NCBI GenBank assembly: GCA_038245295.1 | Contig: JBBRSP010000015.1 | Span: 32,001 to 96,000 of the forward strand | From: Candidatus Binatia bacterium | GTDB taxonomy: Bacteria; Desulfobacterota; Binatia; HRBIN30 | Reading direction: 5' to 3' | DNA length: 64,000 bases | The notes under the pieces: model-generated | The model's database searches: none | Seen by the model: only the letters and a program-made list of their open reading frames with translations | Told to the model about the DNA's origin: nothing | In this document: piece by piece, positions 10,357-19,632 of the stretch | Position numbering within the stretch: position 1 is the first letter of the stretch | Layout of the letters: each line of letters opens with the position of its first letter | Made by a program: the position numbers and the translations under genes

Positions 10357-10824
10357 CTAGCGTCCCTTCACCGCCCAGACATCGCCGAAGGAATCGGGCG
10401 GAACACGCACCTCGTCGGGCTTGTCGCGGACATACACCTCGGTGGCGGTACTGATCATCTGGGTATCGTCCTGCAGCGACATCCAACCGTGGAACACACC
10501 TGGAGGGACGACGATCATCGACGGATTGCGATCACTAGCGACAATCGTGTTCATCTCTTTGTACGTGGCGCTTTCGGGGCGATCGTCGACCAGGACAAAT
10601 TTTGCGGCACCATGATTGATGAAGAATAAGTCCCACATCACCAGATGCTTATGGAAGGCTCGAATCGTGTTCTTGGTCAAATTTCCTACCAGGTACACCT
10701 GGCCAAACTTGGTGAGATACGGATCGCTGGCGCGGACGATCTCGATCAGGTAGCCACGATCATCTACGCGGGCGACAAGGCTGATATTTTCGACGTCGGC
10801 AATCACGGGGCGCGAAGGTCGCAC
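10357..10824 (-). CDS. dTDP-4-dehydrorhamnose 3,5-epimerase-like cupin (RmlC family)
   Basis: DDRGYLIE, RAFHKH, LVDDRPESAT, VPPGVFHG; start uncertain (GTG at 10824 or 10806). Confidence 0.78.
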   Translation of the reverse strand: MRPSRPVIADVENISLVARVDDRGYLIEIVRASDPYLTKFGQVYLVGNLTKNTIRAFHKHLVMWDLFFINHGAAKFVLVDDRPESATYKEMNTIVASDRNPSMIVVPPGVFHGWMSLQDDTQMISTATEVYVRDKPDEVRVPPDSFGDVWAVKGR

Positions 10825-10847
10825 ACGACACTCGGGTTTGCAATCGC

Positions 10848-12545
10848 TCAGATCGACGGGCGGGCAGGACGGAAAGCGGCCAGAACGGACTGCGCCTCGG
10901 CCCAATCCGGCACCGCCGTAGCCAAACGGAAGGCGAGGGATGCGGCACGGTCCGGATGACCGTGTTCGGCGAGGTACGATACGAGGGCGAGCAAACTTGG
11001 GTTGCGAAAGTTGAGCGGTTCATCGCAAAGGGCGATCTGGTCGACTTTCCAAAGCAGCTGGGGAAGCGGACCGATTGCCATGAAGAGATCGAGGAGCAGC
11101 GTTCGGCGCACCAGGCTGGCGGTCGGCAGGTCGAAGAAGGCCACCTGGATCTGTAGTTCGTCCATTCCATTCTGTCCGACGTACCAGACCAGGATCGAAT
11201 CGGATGGGCTGACATCGAGAATCGACAGCCGCGCCATCAGGTCGCGTGCCTTACGCCACTCTGGATAGAACTGGACATTCGAAGGTGAAACAAACCAGTA
11301 ATGCTTTTGCCCGGTGTAGTAGAGGACAGAGCGTAGAACGCTCACCTGAGGGACGATCCGTTGTTCCAGGGCGGGCACATGAAACGTCAACGCTGGACGA
11401 TCGAGCAGAACAACGATCTCGTCGTCCGCAACGGCGTTTTTTTCGACGATCCGCGCCGCCCCACTCCAAGTCGGAACCGATTCATTCGTTCGTCCCCATC
11501 CGCCCCACCCCCAGAGGAGTACGATGGCGAAGGCGAGGACACTTCCCCAGACCAACTGCCAGCGGCGCTGGTCCAGCCGTGCGAGCGTCCAATCGACACC
11601 AACACCGGCCAACACGCACAGAGCGAACGCCGCAGGCGCCAACGGTTCGCCGTCGAAGGTGACCGATCGAGCAGCTTGCGCCGCCAGAATCCCGATCACC
11701 ATGCCCAGAGCCGAAAGCGCTAGACCAAGCACACCATGGCGGCCTCGACCCATTAGGAGGCCGACAGTAGCGGCAGCGGGGAGGACGACAGCCGCCGCCG
11801 TGAGATCGTTAACGCCAGCGGACATCAGAGCCGCGGCGCGCCGCAACGCCAGAGGGAGTGGCTCAGAGAAGTAGGCGCCTGGCGGCAGCGGTGCGCCGCT
11901 GGACCACCAGATGATCGTGGCCAACGTGGCACCGAGTATCAGCGCGCCCAACTTTGTCGCGGCGCGATCGCCGAAGGGCAAGAGGAGCGCCATGACGAGG
12001 ACGGCAAAAATGCCCGGGTAGCCTGCCAGGACTAGAACTACCGTCGATAGGGTGACGGCTCCGATTTGCAACCCGCGCCGCGTGCTGAGCGAGAGGCTTA
12101 GATGGAGGAGGCCAAACCCCAGGGCCAACCAGACCCCGCATTCGAGATGGCGCGAAGTATCGACCAGCAGCGGGTGAGCCGCCGCCAGCATTGCGGCGAC
12201 ACAGCCGGCGGCAGGGCCGGAAAGGAGCGCCGCGAGTGCGAAGGCGGTGGCAACCAGGCACACGCCGGCGACGATCGACGGCAAACGCAGATGTTCAGGA
12301 GAGGAACCGGAAGAGCGTGAAATCGCTGCCACCGCAACGGTCAGCAGCGATGCGTCGGCGATCGGCGCCTGAGCATCGCCCTCGACCCGCCGCACCACGG
12401 ACATCTCTGCCGCCGTAAATTCAGGCGTCGGCGGGCCACAGCGTAGAATCGACAGGGCGACCGCCCCAGCAAGAATAAGCAACGCGCCGAAGCGCGGCCG
12501 GACGGATCCGGAGAGATGATCAGAATTGCCGGTGGGCGGAGTCAA
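10848..12545 (-). CDS. GT-C/ArnT-like membrane protein with short TPR-like C-terminus
   Basis: 565 aa with about 11 TM segments; PMT_2-like pattern LRLPSIVAG...AAMLAAAHPLLVDTSR; ends in helical LAEHGHPDRAASLAFRLATAVPDWAEAQ. Confidence 0.6.
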   Translation of the reverse strand: MTPPTGNSDHLSGSVRPRFGALLILAGAVALSILRCGPPTPEFTAAEMSVVRRVEGDAQAPIADASLLTVAVAAISRSSGSSPEHLRLPSIVAGVCLVATAFALAALLSGPAAGCVAAMLAAAHPLLVDTSRHLECGVWLALGFGLLHLSLSLSTRRGLQIGAVTLSTVVLVLAGYPGIFAVLVMALLLPFGDRAATKLGALILGATLATIIWWSSGAPLPPGAYFSEPLPLALRRAAALMSAGVNDLTAAAVVLPAAATVGLLMGRGRHGVLGLALSALGMVIGILAAQAARSVTFDGEPLAPAAFALCVLAGVGVDWTLARLDQRRWQLVWGSVLAFAIVLLWGWGGWGRTNESVPTWSGAARIVEKNAVADDEIVVLLDRPALTFHVPALEQRIVPQVSVLRSVLYYTGQKHYWFVSPSNVQFYPEWRKARDLMARLSILDVSPSDSILVWYVGQNGMDELQIQVAFFDLPTASLVRRTLLLDLFMAIGPLPQLLWKVDQIALCDEPLNFRNPSLLALVSYLAEHGHPDRAASLAFRLATAVPDWAEAQSVLAAFRPARPSI

Positions 12546-12771
12546 GATTCTGCTCTGCCGGAGGGTGTGGTACCCAACAGGTTCCGGCTGGGCGTCGTAG
12601 GCGCAATTTGTCGTCGGACAGTCGGGCGAAGATTCCGGTCGGCAGGACCACGATAAAGTAGAAGACGATCATCAGAATCCGCGTTTGCACAACTCCGATC
12701 GCCCGCGCCAGCTGCTGCCAGTGAGTCCATGCACCACGCAAGAATCCAGGAGTCTGTTCTGCATCACCCAT
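12520..12771 (-). CDS. SxtJ-like small membrane protein
   Basis: 83 aa; W..LA..IG.V.TRIL...FYF.VV.P.G...RL..D.L pattern with terminal RQF, as I recall for SxtJ-family proteins. Confidence 0.6.
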   Translation of the reverse strand: MGDAEQTPGFLRGAWTHWQQLARAIGVVQTRILMIVFYFIVVLPTGIFARLSDDKLRLRRPAGTCWVPHPPAEQNLDSAHRQF

Positions 12772-12963
12772 TCGTGTGTCGCTCCAAGGAGTTCGGTCTC
12801 TTCATCTCGCGGCCAATCGTGTTCAAACGCATGCGTATCGCGCAGCCGGAGCAACTTCGCAAGGACTAGTCGCGCCTCGGCCGCGTCGCGGAGGCACCGC
12901 CCTCTTTCGGGATCGCCGGTAGCCGGTTGACGCAGCGCGACAAGGCCTGTAAGCGAGGCCGTC

Positions 12964-13389
12964 GTGCACGCTTTGGCCAATCTCGTTCTTGCGGTGGGTC
13001 TTCTCCCGGCGATGCTCAGCGGCTGCACCAAGCCACCGCCTGGGATTCTCACCTTGGCACCCGGCATGATGACCACAGAAGGCGCGACTCAATCGCACCC
13101 CGATGGCTCACTGGTCCTCGAAGGCAGCGCCGCCGGGTCCACCGAGATCTACCTGCCACGTGGAAAAACGAGCCTCGCGGTTTCCCTGAGCGTCGGTGCC
13201 GACGCCCCGGCGGGGCTGACGATTTGGTTCGACGGACGCCGCATCGCCACCGCCCCGCCCAAAACAGAAACTCAAGTAATTCGGGAGGTTTTGTCGCTTG
13301 AACGGGGCGGGGTCTACGCCTTGCGGTTAGTGGCGGAGGGCGCGCCGGGCACGTCGGTCGTCGTCACCAAAGTCGTGCTCGCGCGTTGA
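12964..13389 (+). CDS. Putative lipoprotein with beta-rich domain, unknown function
   Basis: Signal peptide ending in lipobox LSG-C; alternating beta-strand pattern; GTG start. Confidence 0.55.
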   Translation: MHALANLVLAVGLLPAMLSGCTKPPPGILTLAPGMMTTEGATQSHPDGSLVLEGSAAGSTEIYLPRGKTSLAVSLSVGADAPAGLTIWFDGRRIATAPPKTETQVIREVLSLERGGVYALRLVAEGAPGTSVVVTKVVLAR

Positions 13390-13469
13390 TGGCCATCCAT
13401 ATCACATTCAGGAGAACGGGCGGTTGTGCTCACGTTAGAAACATTCATCGAAAAAACGCATTCTTGAAT

Positions 13470-13498
13470 TTGCTTTAGGTCTGCACGTCGGGTAGCTT
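13470..13498 (+). promoter_or_regulatory. Candidate sigma70 promoter for the sigma factor gene
   Basis: TTGCTT-17 bp-TAGCTT preceded by an AT-rich stretch, about 63 bp before the ATG at 13562. Confidence 0.4.
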
Positions 13499-13561
13499 GC
13501 AGATCGGCAAGGCAACCCCGCCGGCAAACGAATCACTTTTTTAAGGAGCAAGAGAAGGATC

Positions 13562-14743
13562 ATGGACGATCGGCTCGGCGCTTTGGCGCTGAAGATGAAC
13601 GAAGAGACGCCCAACGAAGAGGAGCTTGAACTCGAAGCTCCTATCGAGGCCCCCGAACCGGAAGAAGTTGAAGTAGCAGAGCGGATCGGCGACTACGACC
13701 TCCCGGCGCATTTTTTTCAGGACGTCAGCACCACCCAGATGCTGGCGCCCGAGGAAGAGCAATCCATCGCCCGCGCCATCGTGCGCGCGCGTAACCGGAT
13801 TCGCCGATTGCTCCGCCGCCAACCCAACCTGGTTGCAGCCGCCCTGCCCTTGCACGGCCGCAGCGTGATTCACCCGAGTGAGGATTTCCGCGAACGCGAG
13901 ACCGTCATGGTTCTCGAATACGCGAAGGTTCATCTCAAATCGCGCCGCCGTCTGGACCTGCGCTTTGGCGACCGCGTCCGCCTGCGAGAGTTCGTCACCG
14001 AGATCGAAACCGAGCTCGACTCGTACCGCAGTCTGCGCGACCGCATGATCGAGGCCAATCTCCGTCTGGTGATCTCCTTCGCCAAGCGGTACCGCCGGGC
14101 AGGCGTGTCGTTCCTTGATATGGTGCAAGAAGGCGCGCTTGGTTTGATTCGTGCCGTCGAAAAGTACGACCCGGTCAAGGAAGTAAAGTTCGGCACCTAT
14201 GCGGTCTGGTGGATCTGGCAGCAAATCGGGCGCGCTGGCGACATGCACAGCGGTCTGATCCGCACGCCTGTCCACTGGAATCAGCTGCGTCGTAAGGTCG
14301 GGCGCGAGACCCAGCGCCTGCAAACGAAATACGACGGCGAAGTGGATCGTGAGGTTCTTGCCGAGGCCAGCGGTGTTGATGCCGAGCGCCTGGAGACCAT
14401 GACGCAGAGCTTCCAATGCGTCTCGATCGACGCGCCCCTCGGCGCCGATGACGACCGCACACTGGAAGAGTTGCTCGCCAGTGACAGCGATGATCCGGAA
14501 CGTGAGGCCGCCGCCGGCGATCTGAGCGCCCAGCTTGAGCTCGCCTTGAACCAGCTGCCGGCCCGCGAGGCCGACATCTTGCGCCTGCGTTTTGGCACGG
14601 TCGATAGCCAGCCCCTGACCTTGGAAGAGGTTGGCCGCCGCTACGGCGTCAGCCGCGAGCGTATCCGCCAACTCGAGGCACGTGCCCTCAAGCAGTTGCT
14701 ACCCATCTGCGAGAACCAAGGGCTGCGCGCCTACGTAGACTAA
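13562..14743 (+). CDS. RNA polymerase sigma factor, RpoD/SigA family (alternative; no full region 1.1)
   Basis: Region 2 [16 protein letters not shown]...[18 protein letters not shown]...FGTYAVWWI; region 3 SIDAPL; region 4.2 [29 protein letters not shown] upstream. Confidence 0.9.
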   Translation: MDDRLGALALKMNEETPNEEELELEAPIEAPEPEEVEVAERIGDYDLPAHFFQDVSTTQMLAPEEEQSIARAIVRARNRIRRLLRRQPNLVAAALPLHGRSVIHPSEDFRERETVMVLEYAKVHLKSRRRLDLRFGDRVRLREFVTEIETELDSYRSLRDRMIEANLRLVISFAKRYRRAGVSFLDMVQEGALGLIRAVEKYDPVKEVKFGTYAVWWIWQQIGRAGDMHSGLIRTPVHWNQLRRKVGRETQRLQTKYDGEVDREVLAEASGVDAERLETMTQSFQCVSIDAPLGADDDRTLEELLASDSDDPEREAAAGDLSAQLELALNQLPAREADILRLRFGTVDSQPLTLEEVGRRYGVSRERIRQLEARALKQLLPICENQGLRAYVD

Positions 14744-14755
14744 ACACCTGGAAGA

Positions 14756-14796
14756 AAAGGCCGGCATCCAAACTGATGCCGGCCTTTCTTATTTTT
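14756..14796 (+). terminator. Rho-independent terminator (possibly bidirectional)
   Basis: 13-bp stem AAAGGCCGGCATC / GATGCCGGCCTTT with a 6-nt loop, followed by CTTATTTTT and preceded by an A-rich tract. Confidence 0.75.
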
Positions 14797-14806
14797 GGAG
14801 GACAGA

Positions 14807-15478
14807 ATGCGCAAGTTTGCTCTCACCGCAATTGTCGTCGCCAGCTTGGCGGGAAACGCCTTGGCAGCCGATGTTCAGTTGAAGACCGAAGATGAAAAGA
14901 CCGTCTACGCCATGGGTTTGATGTTCAGCCAGAGCCTCGCCGGGTACAATCTCTCCCCCGCCGAGCTCGATATCTTCAAGGCCGGACTCACCGAAGGCTT
15001 TGGTGGGAAGGAAAGTAAGAAGGTTGACCTCGAAGCCTACAGAGGAAAGATCCAACAGTTCGCCCAGAGCCGCCAGGAAGCGCAGGCAGCGATCGAAAAG
15101 AAGGCCGGCGACGCGTATCTCGCCAAAGCAGCCACGGAGCCGGGCGCGAAGAAGACTGAATCGGGCCTGATTTACTTCGAGACCAAGGCGGGTACCGGCG
15201 AATCACCCAAGGCTACCGACAAGGTCAAGGTTCATTATCACGGCACCCTGATTGACGGCACCGTGTTCGACAGCTCGGTCCAGCGTGGCGAACCGGCGAC
15301 GTTCCCGCTCAACCAGGTGATCAAGTGTTGGACCGAAGGCGTGCAGCTGATGAAGGTCGGCGGCAAAGCCAAGCTCGTCTGCCCTGCGGATATTGCCTAC
15401 GGCAACCGTGGCGCCGGCAAGATCAAGGCAGGCTCGACGTTGATCTTCGAAGTTGAGCTGATCGAGATCGTCAAGTAA
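14807..15478 (+). CDS. Periplasmic FKBP-type peptidyl-prolyl isomerase (FkpA/Mip family)
   Basis: Signal peptide ALA-A; VHYHGTLIDGTVFDSS, FPLNQVIKCWTEG, TLIFEVEL; GGAGGA RBS. Confidence 0.92.
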   Translation: MRKFALTAIVVASLAGNALAADVQLKTEDEKTVYAMGLMFSQSLAGYNLSPAELDIFKAGLTEGFGGKESKKVDLEAYRGKIQQFAQSRQEAQAAIEKKAGDAYLAKAATEPGAKKTESGLIYFETKAGTGESPKATDKVKVHYHGTLIDGTVFDSSVQRGEPATFPLNQVIKCWTEGVQLMKVGGKAKLVCPADIAYGNRGAGKIKAGSTLIFEVELIEIVK

Positions 15479-15535
15479 CCACACCAGGGCGCGCTCCCAG
15501 AGGGCGCCGCATACCGGAGTTAGTCGAAGTTCCAG

Positions 15536-15751
15536 ATGAAGCTCCGCTCAAACGACATCAGCCCGTTGATCCGCGTGCCACCCGGCACGCGGATCCGTCT
15601 CGAAAACTATCCGCCGGCGGGCCCCGCCACTCCGAATATGCAAGACCTGGGGCGCAGCCACCTCAACCAGCGCGCCCAGCCCCTTCTCGCCAAAGAAAGG
15701 CTAGAGGTCGGCCCTCGCGGCGGACCTCGCCCATGCGCACCGAGATCCTGA
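15536..15751 (+). pseudogene. Probable 5' remnant of a polyphosphate kinase 2 (PPK2) gene
   Basis: MKLRSNDISPLIRVPPGTRIRLENY...MQDLG...RAQPLL resembles the RVxPGxxxRLxxY N-terminus of PPK2 proteins; no DxxGK P-loop follows. Confidence 0.35.
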
Positions 15752-16965
15752 ACGGCCTTAGCGCCATCCCACGCGACGACTGGGATGCGTTGGTCGGCGA
15801 CGGATGCCCATTCCTCGAGTGGGGCTGGCTGGCTTCCCTCGAGGCCTCCGGATGCGTTAGCCCAGAGACCGGCTGGTTACCGCAACACATCGCGATCTAC
15901 GAAGGGACGCAACTCGTTGCCGCCTGTCCACTTTACGTAAAAGGACACAGCCAGGGTGAGTTCGTGTTCGATCATGGCTGGGCCGACGCGGCCGAACGAG
16001 CCGGCATCCGATATTTCCCCAAACTGTTGGCTGCTGTCCCGTTCACTCCGGCCACCGGCCATCGCGTTCTCGTAGGTTCAGGAATCGATCGCGCACCAGT
16101 CATCGACCATGTCGCTACAGTGCTAAAGGACATCTGCCGGCAGAACGGGTTCTCTTCCGCTCACGTCAACTTTTGCGCAACCGATGAACTGGAGAGGTTT
16201 GCGCAAAGCGGTTTCTTGCAGCGCACGGGATATCAGTTCCAGTGGCTGAATCGTGGCTGGAAACACTTTGATGACTACCTCGAATCGTTTCGCAGCAAAC
16301 GGCGCGTGCAAATCAAGCGCGAGCGTCGTGAGCTCGTCAGCCAGGACATCACGATTTCCGCTCTTGAGGGGGAGGCCATTCCCGACGAGTTATTCCCTGT
16401 CATGTATCGCCTCTACCGCACCACGATCGACAAGCTCTATTGGGGCCGCCAGTACTTGAACGAGACGTTGTTCGAGCTGATCTGCCAGCACTGGAAGAAG
16501 CGTCTCTGCTTTTTTGTCGCACGCCGGGCCGGTGAAATTGTGGCCGGCACCTTCACCGTGCGCAAAGGGAACGTACTATATGGCCGATACTGGGGGACAT
16601 TCCGCGAGGACTTGCGCTATTTGCACTTCAACGTCTGCTACTACGCATCGATCGAGTACTGCCTCGAGCACGGCATCAGTAGCTTCGAACCAGGCGCTGG
16701 CGGCGAGTTCAAACATCTGCGTGGCTTCGACGCCCGCCCGACCTACAGCATGCACTATCTCGCCGACTCGCGTTTGTCCGCCGCCGTAAAGGCCTACCTG
16801 CAAAGCGAACGCGCCGCCATTGGCAACGAGATTGACTGGTACGAAGAGCGCAGCGCGCTCAAGAAGACGTCGGTTCAATCCGCCGAACTAGCCGAAGGCG
16901 CCGAACCGGACGCCGCCGGCACCGAAGGCACGGGGCGGGCCGATCCTTCGGACGCCGACGAATAG
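15733..16965 (+). CDS. FemAB-like GNAT protein (DUF482 family)
   Basis: PLYVKGHSQGEFVFDHGWADA, KLLAAVPFTPATG, LYGRYWG, LHFNVCYY, FEPGAGGEFK. Confidence 0.85.
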   Translation: MRTEILNGLSAIPRDDWDALVGDGCPFLEWGWLASLEASGCVSPETGWLPQHIAIYEGTQLVAACPLYVKGHSQGEFVFDHGWADAAERAGIRYFPKLLAAVPFTPATGHRVLVGSGIDRAPVIDHVATVLKDICRQNGFSSAHVNFCATDELERFAQSGFLQRTGYQFQWLNRGWKHFDDYLESFRSKRRVQIKRERRELVSQDITISALEGEAIPDELFPVMYRLYRTTIDKLYWGRQYLNETLFELICQHWKKRLCFFVARRAGEIVAGTFTVRKGNVLYGRYWGTFREDLRYLHFNVCYYASIEYCLEHGISSFEPGAGGEFKHLRGFDARPTYSMHYLADSRLSAAVKAYLQSERAAIGNEIDWYEERSALKKTSVQSAELAEGAEPDAAGTEGTGRADPSDADE

Positions 16966-19208
16966 CGGAACGCCAACGCGTCGTTCTCGACATCGATCTC
17001 GACCCGTCCTCCGTCACGCAGTCGACCAAATAGGATCTCATCCGCGAGGGCACGCTTGACCTCAGTCTGAATGATCCGCGCCATCGGTCGCGCGCCAAAT
17101 GCCGGATCATAACCGCGCTCGGCCAGATGACGCCGGGCCGCCGCGGTCAACTGAATCACAACCTTCTTCTCGGTAAGCTGCGCTTCCAGCTGGGCAACAA
17201 ACTTGTCGACCACGCGTTCGATGATCTCGATCGGCAATGCGCCGAACTGAATCACCGCGTCGAGCCGGTTACGGAACTCGGGCATGAATAGTTTTTCGAT
17301 CGCCTTGCCACCCTTGTCGGCGTTGTCGCGGCCACCGAAACCAATCGCATGCGCCGCCATCTCCTGAGCCCCGGCATTGGTTGTCATGATCATGATGATG
17401 TTACGAAAATCGGCTTTGCGACCGTTGTTGTCGGTGAGCGTCGCATGATCCATCACCTGCAAGAGAATGTTGAACAGGTTGGGGTGCGCCTTCTCGATTT
17501 CGTCGAGTAGCAGCACGGCATGCGGAGTCTTGCGAACCGCCTCGGTCAACAAGCCCCCTTGATCGAACCCGACGTATCCCGGCGGCGCGCCGATCAGGCG
17601 CGATACGGTGTGTGCCTCCATGTATTCGCTCATGTCGAAGCGGAGGAACTCGATTCCGAGCACTGAGGCGAGTTGCTTGGCGACTTCGGTCTTGCCGACA
17701 CCTGTCGGCCCGGCGAACAGGAAACAGCCGACCGGTTTCTCCGGTTGCCCGAGCCCGGCGCGCGCCTGCTTAATCGCTGCCGCAAGCGCCGCGATCGCAT
17801 CGTCCTGACCAAACACACTGAGCTTCAGATCGCGCTCCAGCGTCTGCAGCCGATCGCGGTCCGAAACCGAAACGCTACGCGGCGGGATCTTCGCCATCGT
17901 GGCGACGATATCTTCGATGTCCTTGGTACGAACGGTCTGGCGCTTTTGGCTGCCAGGCTGCGCCTGCAGCACCGCGCCGGCTTCGTCGATCACGTCGATC
18001 GCCTTGTCGGGCAGGTGCCGATCGTTGATGTAGCGCGCCGACAAGTCGACCGCGGCGCGCAATGCGCCGCGCGTGTAGGTGACACCGTGGTGCTCTTCGT
18101 ATTCCTTCTTCAAACCCTTCAGGATCTCGTGGGCCTGATCAATGCTCGGTTCAGGGACCTCTATCTTTTGGAAGCGACGCGCCAGGGCACGATCGCGCTC
18201 GAAGTAGTTCTTGTAGTCTTGATAGGTCGTCGCGCCGATGCAGCGCACCTCACCCGACTGCAGCGCCGGCTTCAGGATGTTGGACGCGTCGAGCGATCCA
18301 CCACTTGCCGATCCGGCGCCAACAACCGTGTGGATCTCGTCGATGAACAGAATCCCCTTTGGGTGTTTCGCCAAGGACCCCAGGACATTCTTCAAGCGTT
18401 GCTCGAAGTCGCCGCGAAAACGCGTGCCGGCCAGCAACGCACCCATGTCGAGTGAAAAGATCTTCGCATCCAGGAGAGCCGGTGGCACTTTGCCGGCATG
18501 AATCTGCAGCGCCAGCCCTTCGACGATCGCCGTCTTGCCGACACCGGGCTCACCAACGAACACCGGATTGTTCTTGCGGCGTCGGCACAACACACGTGCG
18601 GCACGCGCCAGCTCGACTTCGCGGCCAATGACCGGATCAATCTTGCCGTTCGCGGCGCGTGCCACGAGCTCGGTGGTGAACTGCTCGAGAGCATCCCGCC
18701 CAGGTTTGCCGCCCTGCCCTTCCTCGTCGTCGTCTTCATTGGTCGGCATTGCCGCGGCAATCGCATCGTCGCCGATCTTCGAAACACCGTGAGCGATGTA
18801 GCTGACGACATCGAGACGTGTGATGCCCTGCTGTTCGAGAAAGTAGGCGGCGTGACAGTCAGGCTCGCGGAAGATCGCGACCAGGACATTGCGCCCCAGG
18901 ATCTCGTCTTTGCCCGCCGACTGGACGTGCGCAGCGGCACGCTGCAGGACGCGCTGGAACCCTGTCGTTTGTTGCGGCATGACTTCCATGCCTTCGGGCA
19001 ACCGTTCCAGATGTTGGTCGAAGAATTCCTCGAGCCGCTTCTTCAGGGCGCCGACGTCGCCCCCGCAGTGACGGATGATTTCGGCCACGTCGGTGTCGTG
19101 CAACAAAGCGTAGAGAAGATGCTCGACGCAAACAAACTCGTGGCGGCGCCGTTTCGCTTCGCCTACCGCAAGGCTCAGGGCGATTTCCAACTCTCGACTG
19201 ATCCGCAT
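16875..19208 (-). CDS. clpA: ATP-dependent Clp protease ATP-binding subunit ClpA
   Basis: Clp N domain; two AAA+ modules ([16 protein letters not shown]); no middle domain; IGF loop; directly after clpS. Confidence 0.96.
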   Translation of the reverse strand: MRISRELEIALSLAVGEAKRRRHEFVCVEHLLYALLHDTDVAEIIRHCGGDVGALKKRLEEFFDQHLERLPEGMEVMPQQTTGFQRVLQRAAAHVQSAGKDEILGRNVLVAIFREPDCHAAYFLEQQGITRLDVVSYIAHGVSKIGDDAIAAAMPTNEDDDEEGQGGKPGRDALEQFTTELVARAANGKIDPVIGREVELARAARVLCRRRKNNPVFVGEPGVGKTAIVEGLALQIHAGKVPPALLDAKIFSLDMGALLAGTRFRGDFEQRLKNVLGSLAKHPKGILFIDEIHTVVGAGSASGGSLDASNILKPALQSGEVRCIGATTYQDYKNYFERDRALARRFQKIEVPEPSIDQAHEILKGLKKEYEEHHGVTYTRGALRAAVDLSARYINDRHLPDKAIDVIDEAGAVLQAQPGSQKRQTVRTKDIEDIVATMAKIPPRSVSVSDRDRLQTLERDLKLSVFGQDDAIAALAAAIKQARAGLGQPEKPVGCFLFAGPTGVGKTEVAKQLASVLGIEFLRFDMSEYMEAHTVSRLIGAPPGYVGFDQGGLLTEAVRKTPHAVLLLDEIEKAHPNLFNILLQVMDHATLTDNNGRKADFRNIIMIMTTNAGAQEMAAHAIGFGGRDNADKGGKAIEKLFMPEFRNRLDAVIQFGALPIEIIERVVDKFVAQLEAQLTEKKVVIQLTAAARRHLAERGYDPAFGARPMARIIQTEVKRALADEILFGRLRDGGRVEIDVENDALAFRYSSASEGSARPVPSVPAASGSAPSASSAD

Positions 19209-19210
19209 GG

Positions 19211-19534
19211 CTAGGCCTCCTCGATGCTGCAGCGCAACGGGAACTCATTCTCTCGCGCTAGCGCTTCGACCTGTTGAACGCGGGTCTCCGCCACCTCGCG
19301 CGTGAACACTCCGGCGACGCCAGCGCCGTTGCGATGGACATGAAGCATGATCTGCACCGCATCCGTCTCCGCTCGATGGAAGACCGACATCAACACGAAC
19401 ACTACGAACTCCATCGTCGTGTAGTCGTCGTTGTGCAACAGTACTTTGTAGAGGCGCGGCTTTTGAAGTTTGCGCTCTGCCTTGGGTTTGGTAACGACGC
19501 TCGGTCCGTCGCTATCCGGAGGCCGTTCGCTCAT
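19211..19534 (-). CDS. clpS: ATP-dependent Clp protease adaptor ClpS
   Basis: YKVLLHNDDYTTMEFVV, IMLHVH, FPLRCSIE. Confidence 0.96.
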   Translation of the reverse strand: MSERPPDSDGPSVVTKPKAERKLQKPRLYKVLLHNDDYTTMEFVVFVLMSVFHRAETDAVQIMLHVHRNGAGVAGVFTREVAETRVQQVEALARENEFPLRCSIEEA

Positions 19535-19542
19535 TGCCTAGG

Positions 19543-19570
19543 AAGATAGCAGCGTAACGGGCTCGAACAA
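19543..19570 (-). promoter_or_regulatory. Candidate extended -10 promoter of clpS
   Basis: TTGTTC-16 bp-TATCTT with TGn extension; 8 nt from the -10 to the ATG. Confidence 0.35.
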
Positions 19571-19632
19571 GCGACGGACGAGAGTCGCCAACGGACCGGT
19601 GATTGGTTACAGTGCTGTCCTACGTGTCATCC

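Noticed and set aside
12672..13076. 134-aa minus-strand ORF upstream of the SxtJ-like gene
   Set aside because: Overlaps two better-supported genes and has no recognisable features.
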